64,000 nt of DNA from Candidatus Latescibacterota bacterium. Lineage in GTDB: Bacteria; Latescibacterota; UBA2968; UBA8231. Below the pieces are notes generated by a model. The model was not told where the DNA came from, ran no database searches, and worked only from the letters and a program-made list of their open reading frames with translations. The stretch's first letter is position 1. Every line of letters begins with the position of its first letter. The stretch covers positions 3,456,001-3,520,000 of the forward strand of contig CBDCDC010000002.1 of assembly GCA_965215195.1 (NCBI GenBank), in the 5' to 3' direction. Positions 26,836-36,578 of the stretch are shown here, piece by piece. The position numbers and the translations under genes are program-made.

Positions 26836-27085
26836 GCCTCTACCTCCACGCCAGATTCCCGGGCACTCTCTCGCACCAACACCGGCGCACCCGGCACAAT
26901 GACGCCGCGGCAGATGTCTTCTACGTACTGCAATACGCGCAATATCCCGTGCGAAGGCAGGCCCATGAGATCGGCCTGTACCAACAGGCGAGCCACGGTC
27001 TGCGCCTCTTGAGCTGGGGTGCCGTGGGCCTCAAAAACCCGGCGGCTAACTGCTCCAGCTCGTCGGCTTGGAATCGTCTCGCCAT
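26832..27085 (-). pseudogene. Truncated, frameshifted Ldh_2 (malate/L-lactate dehydrogenase family) gene
   Basis: MARRFQADELEQLAAG, frameshift at a GGGTTTTTG run, then ADLMGLPSHGILRV; ends after about 80 codons. Confidence 0.75.
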
Positions 27086-27203
27086 GTCCACCCAGATATA
27101 GCAATCCAGAGTGATTTGAACGGTTTGAGATGCGGATCGTCTTGTGCATAACTCTTCTGCGTCCTTCTGCGGATCGCCTTGTGCATGATTTGGGATTGCT
27201 ATA

Positions 27204-28826
27204 TCACTCTACGACAAAGGTCGCACGGGTCTCTTGGCTCTCCGCATACCCAATGCGGATCGCCTTGGCTCGCAAGGTGGTCGTCCCCACTTCCAAGCGC
27301 AACGGCTCGGTGTAGAGGTGCCAGTGCGGCTGGTCGTCCACGGCGTACGCCATAGAAGCACCCTGCGTGGCGCAGTGGAGCTGCACCACGAGCGGCCCCC
27401 GGAATGTACCGCCTTCCAGCGCCGGCTCGATCCCGGGGCTGTCGGCGCAAATGGGTACGCACACCGGCCGGGCCGTCTGTGGCTGCTGGCCATCGGGATA
27501 CCACTGCCGCACCATGTCGCTTTCCGCCACTCGGCCCATGTCGCCCACTTCTCGCAGCCATTCGTCCAAGGCTCCGCGCAGGCGATCCCGCTCTGGCCGG
27601 TACTGGGGATTGGCCGCCAAGTTGTCGATCTCGTGCGGATCGGCGGCGGTGTCGTACAGCTCTTCGACCGGCCTCGGGTAGCGGAACAGGGCCGCTTGCG
27701 TCTCGTCTAGCTCATCGGCCAAGTGCAAGCGCCACATCTCCTGCACAATGGGGTGCCGGTTGCGATAGGGTATCCACGCCAAGTAGGGGAGGTCCGGTCG
27801 ATAGTTGCGGATGTACTTAAAGCGGCGGTCGCGCACGGCCCGCACCATGTCGTACGCCTCGTCGTGCCGGTCCCGACTCGCGTAGATGTACTCTCGCGGC
27901 AGTTGGGCTTGGTGGCCCAAAAACGCGCGGCCCTGCATGTGGGCGGGCACTTCAATCCCCGCGAGCGAGAGCACCGTAGGGCCTAAATCGACGGTGCTTA
28001 CCAAATCCTCGCAGACCTGCCCCGCTGCCATGCCCGGGCCGCGGACGATCAGGGGCACGTGAATGCCCGCGTCGTACGGCCAGCGCTTGCCGCGCGGCAG
28101 CGGGCCGTGATCGCTCCAGTGAAATACGTACGTATTCTCGGACAAGCCGTCTTCGTCGAGTTGTTGCAGGAGCTGGGCGAGCTCTTGGTCGCTGTGCGCA
28201 ATATGCGTGTACAGCCGCGCCATGGCTTGGCGCACTATGGGAGTATCCGGGAAATAAGGCGGCAGGGGGATGGCATCCGGGTCGAACTCCGGCTCAGGGC
28301 ACTTCTCGGGCCATGCGCCGCTTTCGTGGGTGCGCGTGGGATTAAAGACTGCGAAAAACGGCTGTTCTGGGTCGGGGCGGTCGCGCCAGTGGGCGTGCGG
28401 ACCGAGCGCGTCCCAAGCAGTCAGCGGGGGGGTAAACTGGTAGTCGGTCTTGGCGTTGTTGCTGCAGTAATAGCCAGCCGCTCGCAGGTATTCCGTGAAG
28501 CACTTTACGTAGTGCGGCACAACGGCCGAATACGGCGTGGGCATCTCTGGAGTGGCGCGATTGGCGTGGGTCGTGCGCATGTGATGAGTGCCGATGGAGA
28601 TCGCGTACATGCCGGTGATGATGGCCGACCGGGCCGGGGCACAGACGCCGGCCGTGGAGAAACAGCGCGTCCAGCGGCACCCCTCGGCGGCCAGCCGATC
28701 CAACGTGGACGTCCGCGCCACTGCATCGCCGTAGCACCCGTACCGGGGATTGGTATCCTCAAATGAAATCCACAGAAAATTGGGCTTGTCGCGACTCAAA
28801 GTCGCGGTGAAGCGCTGCGTAGTCAT
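27204..28826 (-). CDS. Sulfatase (formylglycine type) with a C-terminal Fn3-like domain
   Basis: KPNFLW, CAPAR, SDHG and ELYD motifs. Confidence 0.92.
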   Translation of the reverse strand: MTTQRFTATLSRDKPNFLWISFEDTNPRYGCYGDAVARTSTLDRLAAEGCRWTRCFSTAGVCAPARSAIITGMYAISIGTHHMRTTHANRATPEMPTPYSAVVPHYVKCFTEYLRAAGYYCSNNAKTDYQFTPPLTAWDALGPHAHWRDRPDPEQPFFAVFNPTRTHESGAWPEKCPEPEFDPDAIPLPPYFPDTPIVRQAMARLYTHIAHSDQELAQLLQQLDEDGLSENTYVFHWSDHGPLPRGKRWPYDAGIHVPLIVRGPGMAAGQVCEDLVSTVDLGPTVLSLAGIEVPAHMQGRAFLGHQAQLPREYIYASRDRHDEAYDMVRAVRDRRFKYIRNYRPDLPYLAWIPYRNRHPIVQEMWRLHLADELDETQAALFRYPRPVEELYDTAADPHEIDNLAANPQYRPERDRLRGALDEWLREVGDMGRVAESDMVRQWYPDGQQPQTARPVCVPICADSPGIEPALEGGTFRGPLVVQLHCATQGASMAYAVDDQPHWHLYTEPLRLEVGTTTLRAKAIRIGYAESQETRATFVVE

Positions 28827-29026
28827 AGACCCCTTGCCTTTAATTTTTTAACAAAGTGACGGTTTGCGCCGCGCCGAAAATTGCAGGGGGACGCGGCGAA
28901 CTGTCAAGTGTACGATTCACCTACATCCCGGCCGTTTGCTCGCTGGCACAGGGTTGTTTGCGGTATTCTCGTTGCGCATAATATGCGCTGTCATTTCTCA
29001 AAAGACGACGCCAAGAAGAAGTCCCC

Positions 29027-30187
29027 ATGAATCAGAACAGTCCTGTCCAGCACCAGTGCTGTCCGTCGCCAATTTTGGCGACGCATTGGCGACGCATAGA
29101 AGCACTGCTAGGGGAGGCCGACGTGTGCATCGGCGGAGATCGGCCTTGGGATATAGAGGTCCACGACGACCGCCTTTTCGCGCACGTGCTGGGCCGCGGA
29201 TCGCTGGGCGCGGGCGAGTCGTACATGGACGGATGGTGGGACTGCCAGCAGCTAGACGAACTTTGCACGCGGGTTTTGCGCGCCCGGCTGGACCTGAAGT
29301 TGCGCGGTCGGCACCTGCTTTGGCCCCATCTGAGGGCGCGGCTGCTCAACCTGCAAACGCCCGCCCGCGCCTTCCAAGTCGGCCAGCACCACTACGATAT
29401 AGGAAACGACCTGTACCGGTCTATGCTCGACCAGCGCATGATTTATAGCTGCGGGTACTGGCGCAATGCCGCCAATTTAGACGAAGCGCAAGAAGCCAAA
29501 CTCGACTTGTGCTGCCGCAAGCTGGGGCTGGAGCCGGGGATGCGCCTACTCGACATCGGCTGCGGCTGGGGAGGCACCCTGCGGTTTGCGGTCCAGCGCT
29601 ACGGAGTCAAAGGGGTGGGCGTCACCGTCTCCAAAGAGCAGGCCAAACTGGCCGCGGCGACGTGCCGCGGGCTGCCGGTGGAGATTCGCTTGCAGGATTA
29701 CCGAGCCTTAGACGAACGCTTTGACCGCGCCTTGTCGATCGGCATGTTCGAGCACGTGGGCGTCAAGAACTACTCCACCTTCATGCACACGGTCAAACGC
29801 TGCCTAGTCCAAGACGGGCGTTTTTTATTGCACACCATCGGCCGCAACAACTCGGCCGCCAATAACGACCCTTGGATTGAGCGCTACATCTTCCCCAACT
29901 CCATGCTGCCTTCGGCCAAGCAGATTGCCACGGCCGCCGAGGGGCATTTCGTCTTAGAGGATTGGCACGCCTTTGGGCCGCATTACGACCGGACGCTGAT
30001 GGCTTGGTACGCCAACTTCAACGCGGCTTGGAGCAAACTCAAGGCCCAGTACGACGAGCGCTTCTACCGGATGTGGACGTTCTACTTGCTGGCCTCCGCT
30101 GGCTCCTTCCGCGCCCGGTCGAACCAGCTCTGGCAAGTGCTCTTCTCGTCCAGCGGGATTGAAGGGTCCTACGAAGTGCCGCGATAA
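29027..30187 (+). CDS. cfa: Cyclopropane-fatty-acyl-phospholipid synthase
   Basis: GESYMDGWW, HYDIGN, YSCGYW, LDIGCGWG, SIGMFEHVG and YIFPN motifs. Confidence 0.95.
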   Translation: MNQNSPVQHQCCPSPILATHWRRIEALLGEADVCIGGDRPWDIEVHDDRLFAHVLGRGSLGAGESYMDGWWDCQQLDELCTRVLRARLDLKLRGRHLLWPHLRARLLNLQTPARAFQVGQHHYDIGNDLYRSMLDQRMIYSCGYWRNAANLDEAQEAKLDLCCRKLGLEPGMRLLDIGCGWGGTLRFAVQRYGVKGVGVTVSKEQAKLAAATCRGLPVEIRLQDYRALDERFDRALSIGMFEHVGVKNYSTFMHTVKRCLVQDGRFLLHTIGRNNSAANNDPWIERYIFPNSMLPSAKQIATAAEGHFVLEDWHAFGPHYDRTLMAWYANFNAAWSKLKAQYDERFYRMWTFYLLASAGSFRARSNQLWQVLFSSSGIEGSYEVPR

Positions 30188-30225
30188 AAGACGCCTACAC
30201 AGACAAAACGTTCAGGAGGTTGATC

Positions 30226-30783
30226 TTGGCCAAAGTGAAACACCTAGCCCTAGAAGCACTAACCGCAGGGCTAGACAACATTCGTCAGTCGCCCAAAGCC
30301 ACGGGCGTACTGGAACTCATCGTGCGGCGACCACAGACGGAGACGCGGGAAGTCTTAGACGTGGGGGAACTCGATATAGCCGAAGGGCTGGTGGGCGACA
30401 ATTGGAAACGACGCGGCAGCGCACAAACCGCAGATGGATCGGCGCATCCAGATATGCAGCTCACGGTGACCAATGCCCGCTTGATGGCCCTAGTGGCCCA
30501 AGAAAAGCGATATTGGCCACTGGCAGGGGATCAGCTATACATCGACTTCGACCTAAGCGTGGACAACGTGCCTCCCGGAACTCGCCTGTCCCTAGGCGCG
30601 GCCGTTATCCAAATCACGGAGCCGCCCCACACCGGTTGTAAAAAGTTTGCCGCTCGCTTTGGGCTGGACGCCCTGAAATTTATCAGTTCCCCGCTGGGCA
30701 AACAGCTTCAGCTACGCGGCGTCAATGCCAAGGTCATTCGCCCGGGCGCGATACGGGTTGGCGACGTCGTGAATAAGCTGTGA
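30226..30783 (+). CDS. MOSC-domain protein
   Basis: GLVGD, AGDQL, PHTGCKKF and RGVNAKV motifs; AGGAGG RBS at 30214-30219. Confidence 0.88.
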   Translation: MAKVKHLALEALTAGLDNIRQSPKATGVLELIVRRPQTETREVLDVGELDIAEGLVGDNWKRRGSAQTADGSAHPDMQLTVTNARLMALVAQEKRYWPLAGDQLYIDFDLSVDNVPPGTRLSLGAAVIQITEPPHTGCKKFAARFGLDALKFISSPLGKQLQLRGVNAKVIRPGAIRVGDVVNKL

Positions 30784-30831
30784 GCGTTAGGATCTATTTG
30801 CTATTCCCCTAAAGGGCAGCTTGGTCTTAAC

Positions 30832-33102
30832 ATGCTACGGACAAAGCTGCTCGCCTGTGCGATCCCCGCCCTCGCCTTGTCGGCTGCTCCGGCCCCGGCC
30901 CAACACTCGGTGGCACGCCAGTGGAACGAGGTCCTCTTAGCGTCCATCCGCGGCGACTTCGCCCGGCCCACGGTCCACGCCCGCAACCTCTTTCACACCA
31001 GCATCGCCCTGTACGACGCTTGGGCGGTGTACAGCGACGGACCGGAGCAGACCTATATGCTGGGCGGCTTCACCTGCTCCTTTTCCGGCGTACCCCGCCC
31101 CGACGACGTGGAGGCCGCCCGCCGCGAAGCCATGAGTTACGCGGCCGCTCGCCTCCTGAGATTCCGCTTTCGCCTTTCGCCGGGCTGGACACAGTCGTTC
31201 TCCCAAATCAACCGGCTCACAAGGGAGTTGGGTTACAGCACGACCTTTCACTCCACGGACTACGCCGACGGCAACCCCGCGGCCTTGGGCAACTACATCG
31301 CCCAATGCCTGATCAACTTTGGGATGCAGGACGGTGCCAACGAGCGCAGTGTCTTCTATGGCAACTACGGCAACCGCTTCTACATGCCCTTCAATCCTCC
31401 CTTAGAACCGACCCTGCCGGGCCACAGCGGCCTCCTCAACCCCAATTTCTGGCAGCCTCTCAAACTCGAGGAGTTCATCGATCAAAGCGGCAATGTCTTG
31501 CCCGACGCGGCCCAGCCATTCCTCAGTCCGGAATGGGGCTTGGTGACGCCCTTTGCCCTCGGCCCAGAGGATTTGACCGTGTACCAACGGGAGGGCCATG
31601 ACTATCCCGTGTACCACGATCCCGGTCCGCCGCCCCACATCGACAGCCAACAACCCGATGCCGCCGACCGCATTGAGGAACTGAAGCTAACTTCTGAGGA
31701 ATATCAATGGGGCTTTGCTTTGGTCGCCACCTGGTCGTCCCATCTCGACCCGGCCGACAGCGTCCTCTGGGACATTTCGCCCGGCACCATCGGCAACATC
31801 GCCGAACTGCCCCAGACCTTCGCTGAGTACCAAGCGTTCTACAACCTGCTCGAAGGCGGCGACGCCGGCCAAGGCCATCCGCTCAATCCCCACACTGGCC
31901 AGCCTTACGAAGAACAGTGGGTGCCGCGCGGCGACTACGCCCGAGTGCTGGCCGAATTCTGGGCCGATGGCCCAGAGACCGAGACCCCACCGGGCCATTG
32001 GTTTACCATCCTCAACTACGTCAGCGATCATCCCCTCTTTGAGAAGCGCTTCCGGGGAGAGGGGCCGATCCTCGGCGATCTCGAATGGGATGTCAAAGCC
32101 TACTTTGCCTTGGGGGGTGCCGTGCATGACGCCGCAGTGGCCGCTTGGAGCATTAAGGGCTGGTACGACTATGTCCGCCCCATTTCGGCCATTCGCTGGA
32201 TGGCTGACCGCGGCCAGAGCAGCGATCCCGATCTGCCGCGCTACGACCCGGCTGGCCTACCGCTCATCAACGGCTATATCGAGTTGGTGCAAGCCGACGA
32301 TTCCCTCGCCGGCGAGGAGGGCGAGCACCTCGGCAAAATCAAGTTGAAGGCTTGGCGCGGGCCGACTTACATCGCCGATTCCGACACGGACTTGGCCGGC
32401 GTCGGCTGGATCTTGGCCGAGAACTGGTGGCCGTATCAACAGCCCACGTTTGTCACCCCGCCCTTTGCTGGCTACATCTCGGGCCACTCCACCTTCTCGC
32501 GGGCTGCGGCCGAGGTTTTGACCCTACTCACCGGCGATCCCTTTTTCCCGGGGGGGTTAGGCGAATTTCGTGCCGAGCGCAACCGATTCCTCGCCTTTGA
32601 GCAAGGCCCCAGCGTCGATGTGGTGTTGCAATGGGCCACCTACCGCGATGCCGCGGACCAGACCAGCCTGTCGCGTATATGGGGGGGCATCCACCCGCCG
32701 GCCGACGATATCCCCGGTCGGGCCATCGGTACCCGCATTGGCGCGGATGCCTTTGCGCTGGCCGAAGCGCATTTCGGGCAACCTGCCACAGCCATAGCCG
32801 AGGAGTTCACCGCTGACAGGCCCACCGCGTTCGCCCTGTCCCAAAACTACCCCAATCCCTTCAACAGCAGCACGGCCATTGATTTTGCCCTACCCCACCA
32901 AGAGGCCGTGGAGTTGAGCGTGTACACCACCGCCGGCCAGCGGGTGGCCACCTTAGTCCGAGGCGTCCGGGCCGCAGGACACTATCGGATAACTTGGGAT
33001 GGCCGCAACGACGCGGGAGTCGCACTGGCCAGCGGCGCGTACCTGTATCGCTTGCGGATCGGGGCGCAGGAGGAGACGCGGAAAATGTTGTTGTTGCGTT
33101 GA
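30832..33102 (+). CDS. Secreted vanadium-haloperoxidase/PAP2-family protein with a FlgD/T9SS-like C-terminal domain
   Basis: KGWYDYVRP, PPFAGYISGHS and SRIWGGIHP vanadate/phosphate-binding motifs; C-terminal QNYPNPFN..KMLLLR. Confidence 0.85.
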   Translation: MLRTKLLACAIPALALSAAPAPAQHSVARQWNEVLLASIRGDFARPTVHARNLFHTSIALYDAWAVYSDGPEQTYMLGGFTCSFSGVPRPDDVEAARREAMSYAAARLLRFRFRLSPGWTQSFSQINRLTRELGYSTTFHSTDYADGNPAALGNYIAQCLINFGMQDGANERSVFYGNYGNRFYMPFNPPLEPTLPGHSGLLNPNFWQPLKLEEFIDQSGNVLPDAAQPFLSPEWGLVTPFALGPEDLTVYQREGHDYPVYHDPGPPPHIDSQQPDAADRIEELKLTSEEYQWGFALVATWSSHLDPADSVLWDISPGTIGNIAELPQTFAEYQAFYNLLEGGDAGQGHPLNPHTGQPYEEQWVPRGDYARVLAEFWADGPETETPPGHWFTILNYVSDHPLFEKRFRGEGPILGDLEWDVKAYFALGGAVHDAAVAAWSIKGWYDYVRPISAIRWMADRGQSSDPDLPRYDPAGLPLINGYIELVQADDSLAGEEGEHLGKIKLKAWRGPTYIADSDTDLAGVGWILAENWWPYQQPTFVTPPFAGYISGHSTFSRAAAEVLTLLTGDPFFPGGLGEFRAERNRFLAFEQGPSVDVVLQWATYRDAADQTSLSRIWGGIHPPADDIPGRAIGTRIGADAFALAEAHFGQPATAIAEEFTADRPTAFALSQNYPNPFNSSTAIDFALPHQEAVELSVYTTAGQRVATLVRGVRAAGHYRITWDGRNDAGVALASGAYLYRLRIGAQEETRKMLLLR

Positions 33103-33109
33103 GAGTATT

Positions 33110-33562
33110 CTAAAACCCACCGCCCTGCGGACCGTCTCCACCCCCCCGCGGCCCACCGCGCTGGCGCTGCTGCTGGCGCTGTTCCTGCTGCAGATGCGCT
33201 TTTAAGGCTCCGATCTGCTCGGCGTCTAACGCCGCGGCGAGTGCGGCCATGATCTTGTCGCGCATCTTGGTCTGCTGCTGGCGCATTTTCTCGCGCATGG
33301 CCCGAAAATCAACCTCGCCGCTGAACATTTCCGCCAACATCTGCTGTTGCTCAACGTATAGCGGCCTAAGTGCCTGCCGCAGCGCGAGTACCTGCTCGTC
33401 AGTCACATTGAACTTCTCGTCAAAGGCCAGTAGGGCAAAAATCTGCTCCGGTGCCATGCCGCCGCCCATGCCGCCACGCCTACCCCCGGGCTGAGCTTCG
33501 AGCACCGCGGCGCTCGACAAACCAATAGCGACAACCCATAAGGCCACTTTGCGAATGCACAT
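33110..33562 (-). CDS. Helical periplasmic protein (Spy/CpxP-like)
   Basis: Signal peptide, Gly/Arg-rich termini and Q/M-rich helices. Confidence 0.55.
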   Translation of the reverse strand: MCIRKVALWVVAIGLSSAAVLEAQPGGRRGGMGGGMAPEQIFALLAFDEKFNVTDEQVLALRQALRPLYVEQQQMLAEMFSGEVDFRAMREKMRQQQTKMRDKIMAALAAALDAEQIGALKAHLQQEQRQQQRQRGGPRGGGDGPQGGGF

Positions 33563-33629
33563 CTCACGGTTCTCCTTGCAAAAAATTTTGAGGGACACTA
33601 CGGCGAATTAGACACTGCCTCGCCGCGAT

Positions 33630-33809
33630 TCATTCCCGCGCTTTTGCGGCGGTTGATCCGACACCTTCCGCGGGCAACCCGAATACCGAGAACAGGGTGG
33701 ATTTACCGGTGCCGTTCGCGCCGACGAGGATGGTGAAGCGAGGTATGTTGCACATCTCCACGTCCTTGAAGACGCGAAAGTTCTTTATCCGAATTTGCTC
33801 GATCTGCAT
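33630..33809 (-). pseudogene. 5' fragment of an SMC/AAA_21-type ATPase (59 aa)
   Basis: MQIEQIRIKNFRVFKDV..ILVGANGTGKSTLF (Walker A), then an early stop. Confidence 0.75.
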
Positions 33810-33843
33810 GGGCTATTACCGAGGGATTTTTTGTTCCGTCGGC

Positions 33844-35262
33844 TCAGTACGTCCACTGCCGCGGCAGCGGCCGCTCGCGCTCTAGCAACCGCTCTAGCAG
33901 CCGCTTGCGGACCGCTTGCAGTTGAGTGGCGTACGCGCTATCGCCCGCCACGTCTTGGTAGGCCAGCGGGTCGCGCTCCAAGTCGAAGAGTGCCTCCGCT
34001 CCGCCGGCATCCACCACGTAGCGCAAGCCCTCCACGCGCAGCGTTTTCCAGTGTCGCTCGGGCAGGGTCATTTCCGCAATGGCGCAGCCGGGGGCGGCGG
34101 CTTCCTCGCCGCGCAGGTCGGCCAGCAGGGAGCTGCCTTGCAATGCAGCCGGCCGCTGAATTGCGGCGGCTTCCAGCAGCGTCGGCACCACGTCTAACGC
34201 CTCGACGATGCGGGAGCAATGCCCACCGGCTCTTGCTCCGCCGGGCCAACGCATTAGCAGGGGGACGCGCGTGACCGCGTCGTGCCCGGGGTAGCCCTTG
34301 CCGTAGCGCAGATGTTCGCCGAGCCACTCGCCGTGGTCGGACGTGAAGACGACGATGGTGTTGTCCGCAATGCCGAGCCCGTCGAGCTGGTCGAGGATGC
34401 GGCCGACGTGGTGATCCACCTCGGATACCATGGCGTAATAGCCGTGGCGGGCGGACCGCAGTTCGTCGTCGGAAAAGTGCTGTGGGCCTCGCCGGGCGTC
34501 GAGGGCCGGGGGGAAGGGCGGCAACGTCAGAGCGGCTGGATCGTAGAGATCGAGGAATTCTTGGGGGGCCACCCACGGGTCGTGCGGCGAGTAGAAGCCG
34601 GCGATGCACAGAAAAGGGCCGTCCCTATGGCGCGTCAAAAATTCCATAGTCTGCTCGGCGACAAACGCCGTGTGGGTCAGGTCGCTGCGGCAGCGGCTGG
34701 CCAAGGCGCACTTGACAAAGCGCTCCGCTGGATGCGCGATCCCGTCGCGGACGTTCATAATCCGCTTCCACTCGATTGAACTGGGTGCCTCGCCGAGGCT
34801 AATGCGGTCGAGTTGCTCAGGGGCCTGCGCCGCCACCCAAGCGCGGTACGCATCGTGGTACGAACCCGGCTCGTCCGAGATTTCCAAGTGGTCGAACCCG
34901 TAGTCGGGATGGGGTTGGCGGTGGTCGCGGTTGGCATGCGGCAGGAAGTGCAGCTTGCCAATCTGGCCGCTGCAATAGCCGTAGTTGCGCAGCAGGCGCG
35001 GCAAGGTCGGCGCGTCCGCGGGCACGGGTACGCCCATGTGCGAAAGCCCTAGCGTGGATGGATACTGCCCAGTGAGAAAGCTCACCCGGCTGGGCATGCA
35101 GACCGGATTCTGCACAAAGCAGTGGTCGAAATTGACCCCGGCCGCAGCGAGCCGGTCTAGGTGCGGCGTATGGATTTCGGAGTTGCCGTTGACGCCGAGG
35201 GCGTCCCAGCGCTGCTGGTCCGTGTAGAGTATGAGGATATTCGGTCGCTGCATGGTTGACAT
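33844..35262 (-). CDS. Sulfatase
   Basis: RPNIL, DQQR, CMPSR, GKLH and SDHG motifs. Confidence 0.93.
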   Translation of the reverse strand: MSTMQRPNILILYTDQQRWDALGVNGNSEIHTPHLDRLAAAGVNFDHCFVQNPVCMPSRVSFLTGQYPSTLGLSHMGVPVPADAPTLPRLLRNYGYCSGQIGKLHFLPHANRDHRQPHPDYGFDHLEISDEPGSYHDAYRAWVAAQAPEQLDRISLGEAPSSIEWKRIMNVRDGIAHPAERFVKCALASRCRSDLTHTAFVAEQTMEFLTRHRDGPFLCIAGFYSPHDPWVAPQEFLDLYDPAALTLPPFPPALDARRGPQHFSDDELRSARHGYYAMVSEVDHHVGRILDQLDGLGIADNTIVVFTSDHGEWLGEHLRYGKGYPGHDAVTRVPLLMRWPGGARAGGHCSRIVEALDVVPTLLEAAAIQRPAALQGSSLLADLRGEEAAAPGCAIAEMTLPERHWKTLRVEGLRYVVDAGGAEALFDLERDPLAYQDVAGDSAYATQLQAVRKRLLERLLERERPLPRQWTY

Positions 35263-35528
35263 GAGTTCCTTGGGGATGCCGTGTGGATGAAACCAGAAAG
35301 CCGGCTATGGCTCGGTCTGGGTCGGCTTCTGCTTGTCACGCGCCGACTTTCGCCGGCCTCTAAACAAAAAGTGCTGCGGAAAATCCGGGCCGATGAGCGG
35401 ACTAAGCGGGAACCAAAGCAGCGCGTGGATGACCTTTATCACAATGTGTACGGCGCGTTTCATGCGCTCCTCCAGTGATTATTTGATTGCGAACCGCAGG
35501 GGCAGACCTAGGTGTCTGCTCTGATAGG

Positions 35529-36140
35529 TTACTTTTTCTCGGCAAAGAGTTGCTCGGTCACCGCCGCCATCAGCTCCGGCCCGTCGCTTTGGCGAAAGAG
35601 GAAACGCACTTTGCCCTGCTGATCGATCAAGTACGTGTAGGTTGAGTGATCGACCAAATACGACGCGGTCCCCTCCTCGCCGAGCGAGTAATGCGCACCA
35701 TACTGGCGCACCACTTGGTCGATTTCCTCCTTATCGCCGTGCAGGCCAATCGCATCAATGGCGAAGTAGTCGAGGTATTCCGCCAGCTTCTCCTGCGTGT
35801 CGCGCTTGGGGTCAACGGTGACGAAGAGGGTCGTCAGCTCTTGCTGGCGCCCGTCTAAGAGCTGATAGACGCGGCCCATCTTCGACAGGGTCACCGGGCA
35901 GATGTCCGGGCAATAGGTGTACCCGAAGAAGAGCATGGCACCTTGGCCGCGCAAACTTTGCAACTCAAAGCGCACACCGTGCTGATCCACGAGCGCGAAG
36001 TCGCCGCCAATGCCGCCGAAATCCTGCAAGGGAGGGACCTCTACCGGCGCGGGGGTTTCGTTTTGGGCCTCTCGCTGAGCACCGCAGGCTGCGAGCAGCG
36101 CAAAAATCGCGCAATAGATCAGCGCGTCAATCGCCCTCAT
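35529..36140 (-). CDS. SCO1/SenC family copper-binding lipoprotein
   Basis: LAAC lipobox; FGYTYCPDICP, VDPKRD and VDHS motifs. Confidence 0.93.
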   Translation of the reverse strand: MRAIDALIYCAIFALLAACGAQREAQNETPAPVEVPPLQDFGGIGGDFALVDQHGVRFELQSLRGQGAMLFFGYTYCPDICPVTLSKMGRVYQLLDGRQQELTTLFVTVDPKRDTQEKLAEYLDYFAIDAIGLHGDKEEIDQVVRQYGAHYSLGEEGTASYLVDHSTYTYLIDQQGKVRFLFRQSDGPELMAAVTEQLFAEKK

Positions 36141-36564
36141 AAAGACCTTTCTTCCGCACCGGCATCTGGATGCGCCTTTCCGTTCCATCGCCAAAGCGCA
36201 GCACCAGCTCCACCTCATCGCCATCCCGCAGCGGCCGGCGCAATTCCATCAGCATCAGGTGGGCAGCGCCCGGCTTCAGCGCAACCTCTTCGCCCGCTGG
36301 GATCTGTATCCCTGCGACTTGGCGCATCGTCATCCGGTCGTCTTTGTATTCCATTAGGTGTATCTCGGCTTGCTCGGCAGCTTCGGTTGCCACCGCAACC
36401 AACTCAACGGATTCGCCGCCCCGGTTTTCGATGACCAAGTAACCCGCGGCCGGGCTGCGAGGGGGCGGCTCCCGGATCCAAGCGTCGCGCACGACGATGG
36501 GGTCGCCGGTATGCTCTTGCCCGCATCCGATGACGACGAGCAACAGCGCAGAGACGATTTTCAC
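36127..36564 (-). CDS. Copper chaperone PCu(A)C
   Basis: DAWIR, AAGY, EIH..MTM and LKPGAAHLML motifs; GTG start at 36564. Confidence 0.9.
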   Translation of the reverse strand: MKIVSALLLVVIGCGQEHTGDPIVVRDAWIREPPPRSPAAGYLVIENRGGESVELVAVATEAAEQAEIHLMEYKDDRMTMRQVAGIQIPAGEEVALKPGAAHLMLMELRRPLRDGDEVELVLRFGDGTERRIQMPVRKKGLYEGD

Positions 36565-36578
36565 CAGCGCGTTCCTTT

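Noticed and set aside
35281-35478. 65-aa plus-strand ORF between the sulfatase and SCO genes
   Set aside because: There is no recognisable motif or clear RBS, so it cannot be supported as a gene.
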